From Eledone cirrhosa (taxonomy: Eukaryota): a stretch of 64,000 nucleotides of DNA. Below the pieces are notes generated by a model, which was not told where the DNA came from, made no database searches, and saw only the letters and a list, made by a program, of their open reading frames with translations. Every line of letters starts with the position of its first letter. Position 1 is the first letter of the stretch. Positions 39,255-50,250 of the stretch are shown one piece after another. Location: NCBI GenBank assembly GCA_964016885.1, contig OZ024743.1, forward strand, positions 60,202,001 through 60,266,000, in the 5' to 3' direction. The position numbers and the translations under genes were made by a program.

Positions 39255-39791
39255 TAGGAAAATGTATGACCACGACGGCAAAGCTCAAGCCGTTTCGACG
39301 GTTATTTCTCGACTAAATTAGAATTTTTAGCGTGGTAAATAAAGAGCCCAACTTTTCAAGGGTATTTCCTTTTATGGGAAGATTGTAGTTGTCAAGTGGA
39401 TTGGTCAAAATTTATTATAAACACAATTAAGTCTATAATGGCAGTGAGTGGGAGGTGGTGGTGGCTGAACTTGTCTGTAAAATAATGAGGGAGAGGGTGG
39501 AGCCGGTCAAGCGTTGAAAGTGAATTCTTTACAACAAATTCTAAGGACTGTGTATGAAACTAGGCTAGAGGAATTAGGCGAAAAAGGATTCCGGAGAAAA
39601 TAGAGAAGGGGCGTTATAGAATACGTAAATAAATTGAGATTAGAAGATAATAAATAAATAAGAAAAAAATATATAAAAATATAAAATTAGATAGTATGAA
39701 GTGATAAAAAAATCTGTAGTCTAATTTAGTCCAGAAATAGCCGTCGAAACGGCATGAGCTCTGCCGGCGGGGTCATACATTTTCCTATTAT
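39251..39791. repeat. ~72-bp inverted repeats (39251-39322 / 39720-39791), possible Penelope-like remnant
   Basis: ataggaaaatgtatgaccacgacggcaaagctcaagccgtttcgacggttatttctcgactaaattaga matches the reverse complement of the right arm with few mismatches. Confidence 0.85.
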
Positions 39792-39860
39792 CCATTCTAC
39801 TACACCCTAATTATTGAGTACTCTGGTGCGTTATGGTCCATCTTGCCACAACTCCTTCGT

Positions 39861-39890
<30 letters not shown>

Positions 39891-39892
<2 letters not shown>

Positions 39893-40823
39893 ACTAAAAA
39901 TTGATTAACATATAAATAAACATGAATAATCACAGGAGATAATTTTTACAAGTGTGTAACCACACATAGCTAGGTAGGTAACTAAGTAAAGTTGACCAGA
40001 ACTTCAAAAATAGATACCTTATAATATGATTAATCTTCCCTGATTATTCTTCCCTGTATATATTCCATTAAAGAAATATATTTCACCAATTAATCGAATG
40101 GTAAACTTCGATTTTCAACAAGGAAGAAGTTCCAGCGATCAGTGTTTACACTTCAAGTTCAAATCAGCGACTGGCCAGCAGCACGTGCTATATCTACTAG
40201 AAATACACACATCATACTAGCTTCGTCCCAGTGGCGTGAATAGGGTTATAGACAACTAGAAACAGCAGTCGAGACCTTTCAACAGAGTTAGCTCTACAAT
40301 TAAGGAGACGTATTTATATATCTATATCCAAAATTAAAATAAATCAAATGAATTTAATCTAAATCAAAATTATGGGTGTCATGCCAGAAATACATACGCC
40401 ATATCACCCGCAAAATAAGCTCTAAGATTCTAACGAGTAGGTCCGAGCATTTTATAATAACTAGAAATTGATTATAATAGTTTCCGCTTCTGTGGTTTAC
40501 CATTCGATTAATTGGTGAAATATATTTCTTTAATGGAATATATACAGGGAAGATTAATCATATTATAAGGTATCTATTTTTGAAGTTCTGGTCAACTTTA
40601 CTTAGTTACCTACCTAGCTATGTGTGGTTACACACTTGTAAAAATTATCTCCTGTGATTATTCATGTTTATTTATATGTTAATCAATTTCTAGTTATTAT
40701 AAAAAGCTCGGACCTACTCGTTAGAATCTTAGAGCTTATTTTGCGGGTGATATGGCGCATGTCTCTCTGGCATGACACCAATAATTTTGATTTAGATTAA
40801 ATTCATTTGATTTATCTTAATTT

Positions 40824-40825
<2 letters not shown>
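39891..40825. repeat. Interlocking inverted repeats: A (39891-40106), B (40329-40474), then rc(A)+rc(B) (40494-40825)
   Basis: Near-perfect reverse complements read directly. A and B overlap in taact(a/g)aaattgatta. Confidence 0.88.
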
Positions 40826-40916
<91 letters not shown>

Positions 40917-40949
40917 GCATATATATATATATGTATATATATATGTGTG

Positions 40950-41128
40950 GAGGCACGTGGCCTATTGGTAAGTGTGTTCGACTTACGATCATAATGTCGT
41001 GTTGTGTTCTTGAGCAAAACACTTCATTTCACGTTGCCACTTCACGTACTGTCCAGGGGGAGTCTTGTACTCTCAGTCGCTTCACGCCATGAAACCGGGA
41101 TGAGCCTCCTAGCTTAAGACAGACTTTA
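40950..41128 (+). mobile_element. Degenerate tRNA-derived SINE (second family)
   Basis: tRNA-like head ggcacgtggcctattggtaag, tgtgttcttgagcaaaacactt core, and a 3' part gtcgcttcacgccatgaaaccgggatgagc...cagacttta typical of invertebrate SINE tails. Confidence 0.55.
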
Positions 41129-41139
41129 GACTTTTTTTT

Positions 41140-41174
<35 letters not shown>

Positions 41175-41264
41175 GAAGTGAAATATAGAAAAGATATATA
41201 TATATATATGTAAGTATGCATAAATTTATATGGGTGTGTGTGTACATATATATACATAATATAT

Positions 41265-41452
41265 AATTGTTTCTACTTTTGGCACAAGGCCAGCAAATTT
41301 CAGTGTATTACTGGTACTTTATTTTATCGACCCCGTTAGCATGAAAGACAAAGTTAACCTCGGCGGAAGTTGAACTCAGAATGGCAAGGGCCGTAACTCT
41401 ATGCGTCAAAGCATGGCATCTGACCCTCTACCGATACTGCCAATCCACCGCC
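41265..41452 (-). mobile_element. tRNA-derived SINE, full length
   Basis: Reverse complement of the 49831 copy: A-box-like TGGCAGTATCGG, B-box GAGTTCAACTTCC, core ttaactttgtctttcat...ggggtcgataaaataaagtaccag. Confidence 0.88.
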
Positions 41453-41730
41453 CTATGTAATATATATAATATATCTATATGTGTGTGTATGTGTGTGTGT
41501 GTGCTTGCATATATGCATCTATTTATCGTTGTGTCAATGGATGTATCTATCTACATTCGTATATCTGATGTGTGTGCGTTTATCTTTCAATATATTCCTC
41601 AACGTATTGACGAAATTAACAAGATAATTATATAGCTCAATACATATACGTAAGCCTATTTCTAGCTAATTAATAATCTCTCTACCATATCTTAAACTCA
41701 TCGCAAAACTCATGCATTTATAAACCATCA

Positions 41731-41911
41731 TTGTCAGTATCGGTAGAGAGTCGGACGCCATGCTTTCCAGCATAGTTATGTCCCTTTACGGTCTGAGTTC
41801 AAATCCCGCCGAGGTTAACTTTGCCTTTCATCCTTACGGGGTCGATAAAATAAAGTACCAGAAATGTACTGGGTAATTGATGGCCTTGTGACAAAAGTAG
41901 AAACAATTATT
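41731..41911 (+). mobile_element. tRNA-derived SINE
   Basis: B-box GAGTTCAAATCCC and the same core and 3' end as the other copies. Confidence 0.88.
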
Positions 41912-42117
41912 TAATTTTCTAACCTGTATTGACAAAACCTACCCATCTTTATCTTATTCTTAATGTTTCATTATAACACTAATATGTGAATTTAACTGAA
42001 CTTTAAACGAGTAAAACTGAAGTTGCACCTAACGATACATCGTTAGCTCTCTGTCACAAAAATAAATGAAAGAAATACTTATAAAAATGTAGTGAAAATT
42101 ACTGAGTTAGGAGGAAC

Positions 42118-42148
<31 letters not shown>

Positions 42149-42819
42149 TGTATGTATGTATGTATGTATGTTTGTATGTGTGTATTGACTAACATGCTTC
42201 AACCAATAGAGGTTTCTCATATTCTTTCGTTCGCCCCTTCTTTCACCTCGCAGTGAAACGGCCTCAGGTAGATCTTGCTGCGTGGTCCAAGAGAAAAGAA
42301 TTTCAAATCAATACTCACGTTGTGATGTTGAAAGATTATGTATAACACTGTTGGTGTTATTGCTTAGCAACAGATCAAGACTGTCATAGCAGATGTGGTG
42401 CCTGCCAATACGCGCAAACGCACACGCACTAACACACCTCCCCCCACCCACACAAACGCATACACACACACTCAGACATATGATAATAGAACTTATACAT
42501 CATCTCTAAACCCCTTGTCATATGTGTATACTGCCATACTTGACTATAATTCATTAATCAGCAGACATCCAGAGTAGTCAAAAAACAATTCCACCACGCC
42601 ATACGCAATACATTTACTACGTCAATATCCTTATCAGACCCTAATATTACCCAAATTCCACCTTTATTTTATTTATTTTATTTTTTATAATTTGTTATAT
42701 CTTTCTAACTCGCCTCTACCTCAGTCAATCGATTTATATCTGAAGAATTGATGAATAGAATCAATTTAATCTGACCTGCAGATTATTCCATTCAAATATT
42801 GAAAAGTGTTAAGGCTGAC

Positions 42820-42990
42820 TGCCAGACTTTCGTCCATCCAACGAACCCGGTCCCTCAGTGACTTCAGTCTGCAAATATTACTAGCCTTCTGGTGTTCAAG
42901 AAGAAAGCGCTAGTAATGTAGACGCGTATTGAAGATTGGGTCAAACATTATTTTTTCCATTAACAGAAATATGTTGTAAACATAGCTTTA
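42820..42990 (+). pseudogene. Possible mariner transposase C-terminal relic
   Basis: Broken-frame PSNEPGP..DFSL...DWVKHYFF loosely resembles mariner HPPYSPDLAPSDF...FF. Very decayed. Confidence 0.25.
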
Positions 42991-43744
42991 ATATTTTGTT
43001 GCTTATAGATGATTACTTGGGCAATCCTGCTGTGATAGATGGTTTCAGTGAAAATGGATAAACCATGTTTTTGCCTCCTAAATTGTATTTTGTGATCTAT
43101 GGTGTAAAGTGTTATTGCGATTGCGCAGAACAATCATTACTTACTGACTTGTTAAGAATCAATAGAATATACTATCAGTGACAATCTAAAAAAATAATAA
43201 TTTAAAAATACTGTTCAAAATAATGTTGTGTCGTGTTAGCGAGTGACATCAGCTATATGAAAGCTACATAGAAAAAGTATTGCTTCATTGCAAGTAATTT
43301 CGTTTTGATTAGCCAATGCATATATTTAGTTGTTGATGAAAGCGCCACCGTTAGACATGGATTCGGTTTTAGTGAAGTAGTTGACGCTGCAATCATGTAA
43401 AATTATTGAGCGCATATCGTTAAAATGTGAGCGAAACCTTGTCACATTAATATAAATAAACAGCCCGTCTATGAACACGATTATGCCGCATATAGTGAGA
43501 GTGAAATATCTCCGAAATGGGAAATTACTTAGCAGTACTTTCATACAATACTCTGCTGAGGGGTTGAAACAAAAACATATAAACCTGACGGAAGATTAAT
43601 GATGCACTGAGCTGCTACAGGGAAAGGTATGAAAATAAAAGAATACCGAACAGTTTTCACTAGGTAACGTACTGTAACAATAAAATACCTTATATACTGT
43701 ATATAATAAATATGGGAATATGCCTGTTTCATTATCTGTATTGC

Positions 43745-43844
43745 TCTTCTTCTTCTTCTTCTTCTTCTTCTTCTTCTTCTTCTTCTTCTTCTTCTTCTTC
43801 TTCTCATACACACACGCACACACATACACACTCTCTCTCTCTTT

Positions 43845-43895
<51 letters not shown>

Positions 43896-43950
43896 GTGTG
43901 TGTGTGTGTGTTTATGTGTACGTGTGATTGTGTTTGTGTATGTGTGTGTG
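43745..43950. repeat. Compound (TCT)n/(CA)n/(TA)n/(TG)n microsatellite
   Basis: Direct reading. Confidence 0.95.
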
Positions 43951-44594
43951 TAAGAGGAAAATAAAGAGCTTCAGAAATAGATACTTGGCTAGATAATTAA
44001 CATTAAGCTATTATATCGTCTGATTAATATTTCCAACCATCCCTGGTTAATAACAAATGAATTCTCAAAATAAACATATACACCTGTATCCTAAATGTTA
44101 ATGTGTCTAGAAATAGAAATAAATATAATTGTTTGAATACGAATAGATTGTATATGTCGTTACATAGGTCTTCGCAGAGTACAACATAATAGTTTGAGCC
44201 AGAATATTTTTACATATATCCACTACAAGATTATTTATATTTTTTGTTTTGTTTTGTTTTGTGAATATCTATCGTTTTGTCTTTTATATTGTTGTTATAA
44301 AATAATGAGCCAACCGTATATATTTCTGTTATTCTAGAACAAATGATGTCTTTAGAAATAGAAAGAAAGAAAATATATCACCTCAAGAGACAGTACATCA
44401 GCTGGTTCACAGTATAATATCATAGGGCATTGCAGTCCCTTTATGTCATGGAATAAAATCCACCTGAGATTAACCCTATCTTCAACTTTCAATCTTGAAA
44501 TCTGAAGGTAATTATGTTCTGTCAAGCTGGTTAAATCAACAAACTCAAGCCCGTAATTGTGTGACATTTTACTATTTCATAAACACACACAAAA

Positions 44595-44596
<2 letters not shown>

Positions 44597-44661
<65 letters not shown>
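44597..44661. repeat. (CA)n microsatellite
   Basis: Direct reading. Confidence 0.95.
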
Positions 44662-44665
<4 letters not shown>

Positions 44666-44674
44666 TACATATAT

Positions 44675-45121
44675 ATAAACGGAAAAAATGAAACGAAATT
44701 TCATTTCCCACTCTTAGTACGGCTGTTACTTAAATATAAGTATGTACACGTACATACATATATGTATACATACGCGCAGTAGTATGTATATATATATACA
44801 TACATGCACACATATATATATGTACGTATGGATTCACCGAACATTTATTATAATGCTCGGTGTGTTTCTAAACAAACATCCCGTATTAAGCTGTAGTGTC
44901 TAGCAACTATCGTTGCTCGTTTGTTCAACACTGACAAAGGAACGCTGTACCAGTTTCAAGCTTATTAGCTATCGTCAGCAACGTATACCTTCCTGCCAGA
45001 TTGTTGAACGTATATATTTACCTGATGCATATTAACGGCTGAGTAGCCCACTTTGCATATCGAGTGGGTTAATCGGCCGGGTGCACCGAAAACGATAAAC
45101 GGAAAAAATGAAACGAAATTT
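44675..45121 (+). repeat. 27-bp perfect direct repeats 420 bp apart, enclosing a GC-rich hairpin
   Basis: ataaacggaaaaaatgaaacgaaattt occurs at 44675-44701 and 45095-45121. The hairpin cggctgagtagcccact...agtgggttaatcggccg is at 45036-45079. Confidence 0.8.
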
Positions 45122-45141
45122 ATATATATATATATATATAT

Positions 45142-48100
45142 CTAAGGCGGGTAAAATTCCCGAGATCCATGGACGAGTTCTCTCCAGTGGTCTCTGTCCC
45201 TCATTATCGCTGCCATATCCTGCATCTCCAACAGACCAGTGTCTGTCCTTAGGGCATCAACATATGTTAACCTTGGTCTTCCTCTTCTAGTGTGTCCATG
45301 TAGGGGCTCCCAAAGGAGCACTGAGTGCAATGTCAACTCTGGATGTCGGTGAGCATGTCCAGCCAACCTCAGTCTCCTCTGTGTCACTTTTGAGCTGACT
45401 TTTGGGATGCTCCCATACAGCTCTGAGTTTTTCATCCTCAGTGTATACTGATTAATGTTCAGAGCCATCCTCAGCATTCTCCTGTAGCACCCATCCACCA
45501 TCTGAGTGAGTCTCTTGGTCAGTGTCCAAGTCTCAGACCCATACAGCAGCACAGACTCCACTACAGCAATGAAGAGGCGGATTTCCAGGTCTCTACAAAG
45601 GTCCGACTTCCACACCGATCTCAAGCTGTGACACGCTGCCCAGGCCTTGCTCTTCCTCTCAACCACATCATCTTCCGTATTCCCAATCTTTGCTCCCAAA
45701 TACAGGAAGTCCTCAACCAATTCCAGCGGCTTCCCGCCTACATTAGTGATCCCCTCTGGCTTCTCAACATTCTCTACCAGATATTTTGTCTTAGTCTCAT
45801 TCATTCTCAGCCCCACACTCATCGACACAGTCTCAACCTCCCGCATCAAATCCTCTGCCTCCTTCACTGTATTTGTCACCAAAACTATGTCGTCGGCAAA
45901 TTCAGCATCCGATACCTTTTTCGCCCCAACTCTCCTGCTCTGAGCCGGTGCTACAGTAAAGCCAGAGTCCTGGTGTTTCTCCAGTACAAGGCGCATACAA
46001 TAGTCAACTACGATGATAAAAAGGTAGGGAGCCAATGTATCTCCCTGGAGCACTCCAGCCAGTATCTCAAAGAACTCTGTCATCCCATCAGGTGTAATGA
46101 CTTGGGCTTTGGTGTTGCTGTAGAGCAGTGATATCAGGTCCACTATCCTCTTGGGGATTCCATAAGCCTGTAAGATCTTCATCAGGCAGTAAAGGTCCAC
46201 AGAATCAAAGGCCTTCCTAAAGTCAATGAAAACCATGACCGCAGGAAGGCACTTTGCTCTAGCTCCCTCTAATATCCTCCTCAGCATCAGGATGTGACTG
46301 GTGGTTGATCTACCCTCTCTGAAGCCGATCTGGTTGTCCCTGAGCTTCTTCTCCATCTCAGGCCGGATCCTGTTAAGAATCATCCTGTTGAGGGTCTTTG
46401 CCACAAGTGACGTCAGTGAGATCCCCCGGTAGTTGTTGGTGTTAGAGAGATCTCCCTTCTTTGGCACTGGGACGATGTTACTGATCCTCCACTGATTCGG
46501 GGCAACTCCTTTCTCCAGTGCCCCGTTACAGAACCCCAGGATGATTTCATCAAAATCACAGCTCTTCATCACCTCTGATGCCACTCCATCTTCTCCATGA
46601 GCCTTGCCCTCCTTGATCTTCTTCTTGGCTCTCTGAAGCTCCTCTCTGGTGAAGGGCACTGTCTCAACATCCAGTTCCTCAAACAGCCGCCTGATCTCCC
46701 CAGTGCTCTGGGCTGTGGAGGGTGGCTCTCCTAGTAGGGTCCTAAAATAGTCTAGCCATTTCCTCTTCCTATCCTCGGGCCCCGTTCCCTGGATCTGACT
46801 CGAACACCTTTTCTTCCTCCCTGTGATCTCGTTGATAATCATCCAGCTCTCCTTACATCCAGATCTGTCAACCGCTCTCTCCACACTTCTGATCTTCTCT
46901 ATCAGTGCCTCCTCTCTGACCTCAGTGTAAGCGGTACAGAGCTCTTCCCTCATCACCTCCACAGTCTCCATCCTCTCCTCCGTAGGATCAGCATAGAATT
47001 GGTCCCTGGCAGCTTTCAGGTGTTCTCTGGCTGCACACACTTTTGGGTTTGCAGAGCTGACGTGCTTCCCTTTGTTCTTTTTCCTCGGAACCAGGGTTTC
47101 ACTTGCTTTCGCCACTGCATTGGTGAAGTGCCCGTACCTCCTCGTCACACTCTCCTCAGCCCATCCAATCTCTCTCTACTCTGACTCTCCACACAGAGCA
47201 CTAAACCTGTTTCTCACTTCCACTGTGAACCTCTCCTGTAGCTTATCATCTTCCTTGAAAGCTCCCCAGTTATAGATTGTTCTCCCGGCTGAGCCTTGCT
47301 CTTTCTTAAGCTCATGCGGACCTCACTCATAACAAGCCGGTGGTCACTGCCTAGTGTACTGAAATAGCTGTATGGTTCCGTGTTCAGAACACTATTCCGC
47401 CACTTTTTCCTCACCAGAATGAAATCAATCTGGGACTTGGACAGGTGCATATCTGAGATGTAGGTCCACATCTTCCCCAGATTCTTCCTAAACCTTAGGT
47501 TGGTTGCCATCAAGTTCGCCTCCAGCAGGGTGTCTCTCAGTAGTCTTCCATTTCGGTTGGTGTTGTTATGGAAGTACCAGCAAGGATATTCACTGCCCTC
47601 CTTACTCAGATGTGCATTGAAGTCCCCCAAAACAAGCAGGATATTGTGTGCCTGAGTGGTGTTGACAGCTCTACACACCTCCTCATGGAACTCCTCGGCA
47701 TTCACATCACTGTCCCCCTCGGTTGGACTATAGGCTGAGATGACTGTCAGTCTTGGGTTTCCATTGAAGGTCACCCTCAACACTCGCGGGGAGATAGGCA
47801 TTATTTCCCTCACCAACAGATTGGTTTTTGCACTGAACACAAAACCCACTCCTCCTACTGCAGCATTTGTTGTGTTCTTCACTGCCGATGTAGTGATGAA
47901 CTGGCTGTTCCTCCCGATCATCACACTCCTCACGGGCTCATCGTGTAGAATACTGTGTTCTTGGATCGCAAGTATCTGTATACCACTCTCCTCGAACAGA
48001 TGTCCCAACTCCTCTCTCTTCTCCAGCGTTCGAATAGTCCTCACATTCAAAGTGCCCATTTTGATGGCTCTTCTGCAGGACAAAACTGCATTCTTTATAT

Positions 48101-48143
48101 TTGTCTCAGAGACAGCTGATCCATCATCCACTGGCCCTCTCTG
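45142..48143 (-). mobile_element. RTE-clade LINE (APE-RT single ORF) with two visible lesions
   Basis: MGTLNVRT, IQE, GDFNA, QIDFIL, SDH; RT QGDTLAPYLF and EFADD; LLYGSETWTL, LRLAGH, RGRP. There is a frameshift near 47285 and a stop near 47177. (TA)n flanks both sides. Confidence 0.93.
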
Positions 48144-48497
48144 TATATATATATATATATAATAACGCTATATATTTGTCACAACGCTAGTCTGGAGAGA
48201 AGATCGATAATGGAGTTGGGTCCATAACTCATATGGTTGAGACCCTGAGCCAATCCTTTGCGAAACGCGCGAAACAGGTCAATACGCAATAGAAAGCTAA
48301 TCCATGTAACCGATACTTCATCGTTTCTCTAATATATACTTTCTGCCTATACATACAGGGCTTCTTTCGGTACGAGCACCATTAATTCACTGAATCGTCT
48401 ACACTTTATTTATATATATATATACACACACACACGCATACGCATATATATATATATATATATATGACTTTTTCAATTTTCAACGGAAACTTCAATA

Positions 48498-48612
<115 letters not shown>

Positions 48613-48619
48613 ATGATGA

Positions 48620-49036
48620 CTGCCAACTCTGCTAAGAGTATTGCAATCGCTTGTAAGATTATAGAGTGATAGAGTTTCGTTCAATTTTAGGCTACGGCCA
48701 GCCACACGAACATGTAACATATACTGAACAAGCTATGCCTATCCTTTGAAGGGTTTTGTTTAAGTGGGGAAAAGAGAACTGGTCAACATCATCGGTTGCC
48801 TCCGAAGTCGCAGGTTTTTTTCAGAGTTTCCCTCTCCTACAAAAGTGTTGTGACAAAAACTACGGGCCTTTCCCTCCCAGGTGAAAAAACAAATATTATT
48901 CGGATGGCGGTTGACTGCTGATTTCCTCCGCCCTTTCCCGGGCCTTGTATTTCACACCACATGGTGTCCAAATATCACCTTCCTCACCAAGCTAACTAGA
49001 TGGGGTTGCCTGTTTAGTCGCCGACGACCAGACCAT
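48620..49036 (-). mobile_element. Dispersed repeat homologous to 1-335; possible RTE 5' UTR
   Basis: Collinear similarity with 1-335; positioned upstream of the RTE ORF on the minus strand. Confidence 0.5.
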
Positions 49037-49484
49037 ATTATATATATAGTTTAAAGTTTGAGAGCCACCACAATGCGAAATGGACGAATGAAGAAGTCGG
49101 ATTAAACAAGATCTTATGTGTTTTACTATAATTTATGTGTCCTGATATTTGGAGATTAAAATCTGTTCTTACGAGGAAAATAAAAGGAGCTAATCCAGTG
49201 TGCAATGGGATGCGCTATACCATGTTGCCGATAGCATACTATAGCCCTTTTATTCAAACTTCAAATTCCTGTTTTCCTTCGGTTGCAACGTTTTTCGAAA
49301 TATTTACTTCTGCGTTCACAGATTGATTTTTGTTTTTCGTCTCAGAAGATCCCGTTAAGGATGAAAGCAACGATTCTTTCCTTAAACTTTAATCTGTTAT
49401 ATTAATAAATATTTCTGTAGGGTTCTTCTATATTTGATAGATCCTTATCGAGCCCTCTTTGGATTTCAGTTTTTACATTTATTA

Positions 49485-49818
49485 TAATTGTTCTTTGAGT
49501 CTCAGTCATTGATGTTATTTAACTGGAAAGTTTGTTGAAATGAATATCAAGCAGCTACCTGCAGCCTCAGATATTCAGGACGTATCGGAGGATTCTTGCT
49601 ATTCCCAGCAAGCATGCCTTTTTAAGTGTTCCAAAAAGCGGGGCTGGACTAACTTTCTTTAACCATCCTTGGAAACTCTTTGAGACAGTACCTAGTGCTC
49701 TCTCTCCACAGATGCTACACAGTGGGCTAGTCTCCTCCTTGTAAATGTGGTTTGTTACCTACTTCGTTCTGAGGGCCTGGCCTTACGCAGCCATTAGCAT
49801 TCCTTCTGTAACCTTTTT
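49485..49818 (-). mobile_element. Dong-like 3' fragment with an internal deletion
   Basis: Matches the D3 3' UTR and ORF end (RYVLNI). At ~49698 it jumps from cctagtgc to tctctctccacagat. Confidence 0.85.
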
Positions 49819-49830
49819 ATTATTATTATT

Positions 49831-50029
49831 GGCGGTGGATTGGCAGAATCGATAGAGGGTCGGACGCCATGCTTTGACGTATAGAGTTACGGCCCTTGCC
49901 ATTCTGAGTTCAAATCCCGCCGAGGTTAACTTTGCCTTTCATCCTTGCGGGGTCGATAAAATAAGGTACCAGTAATGCACTGGTATAATTGCTGGCCTTT
50001 TGCCAAAAGTAGAAATAATTATTATTATT
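49831..50029 (+). mobile_element. tRNA-derived SINE with (ATT)n tail
   Basis: GGCGGTGGATTGGCAGAATCG A-box region, GAGTTCAAATCCC B-box and conserved core. Confidence 0.9.
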
Positions 50030-50250
50030 GGCGGTGAATAGGCAGTATCGGTAGAGGGTCGGACGCCATGCTTTGACGCATAGAGTTACGGTCTTTGACA
50101 TTCTCAGTTCAAATCCCACCGAGGTAAACTTTGCCTTTCATCCTTGCGGGGTCGATAAAATAAGGTACCAGTAATGCACTGGTATAATTGCTGGCCTTGT
50201 GCCAAAAGTAGAAATAATAATAATTATTATTATTATTATTATTGTTATTA
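50030..50250 (+). mobile_element. tRNA-derived SINE, tandem with the previous copy, (ATT)n tail
   Basis: Same sequence begins immediately after the previous tail. Confidence 0.9.

Noticed and set aside
42738-42780. Hammerhead core CTGAAGA-ATTGAT...ATCAATT
   Set aside because: A stem II-like hairpin is present, but there is no GAAA or stem III.
43541-43953. Poly-Arg/Lys/Phe/Ser and YIYI ORFs here and at 3192, 23756, 40792 and 48499
   Set aside because: They are translations of microsatellites.
49831-50216. tRNA genes
   Set aside because: A and B boxes are present, but there is no complete cloverleaf and the sequence continues into a multicopy SINE core and tail.
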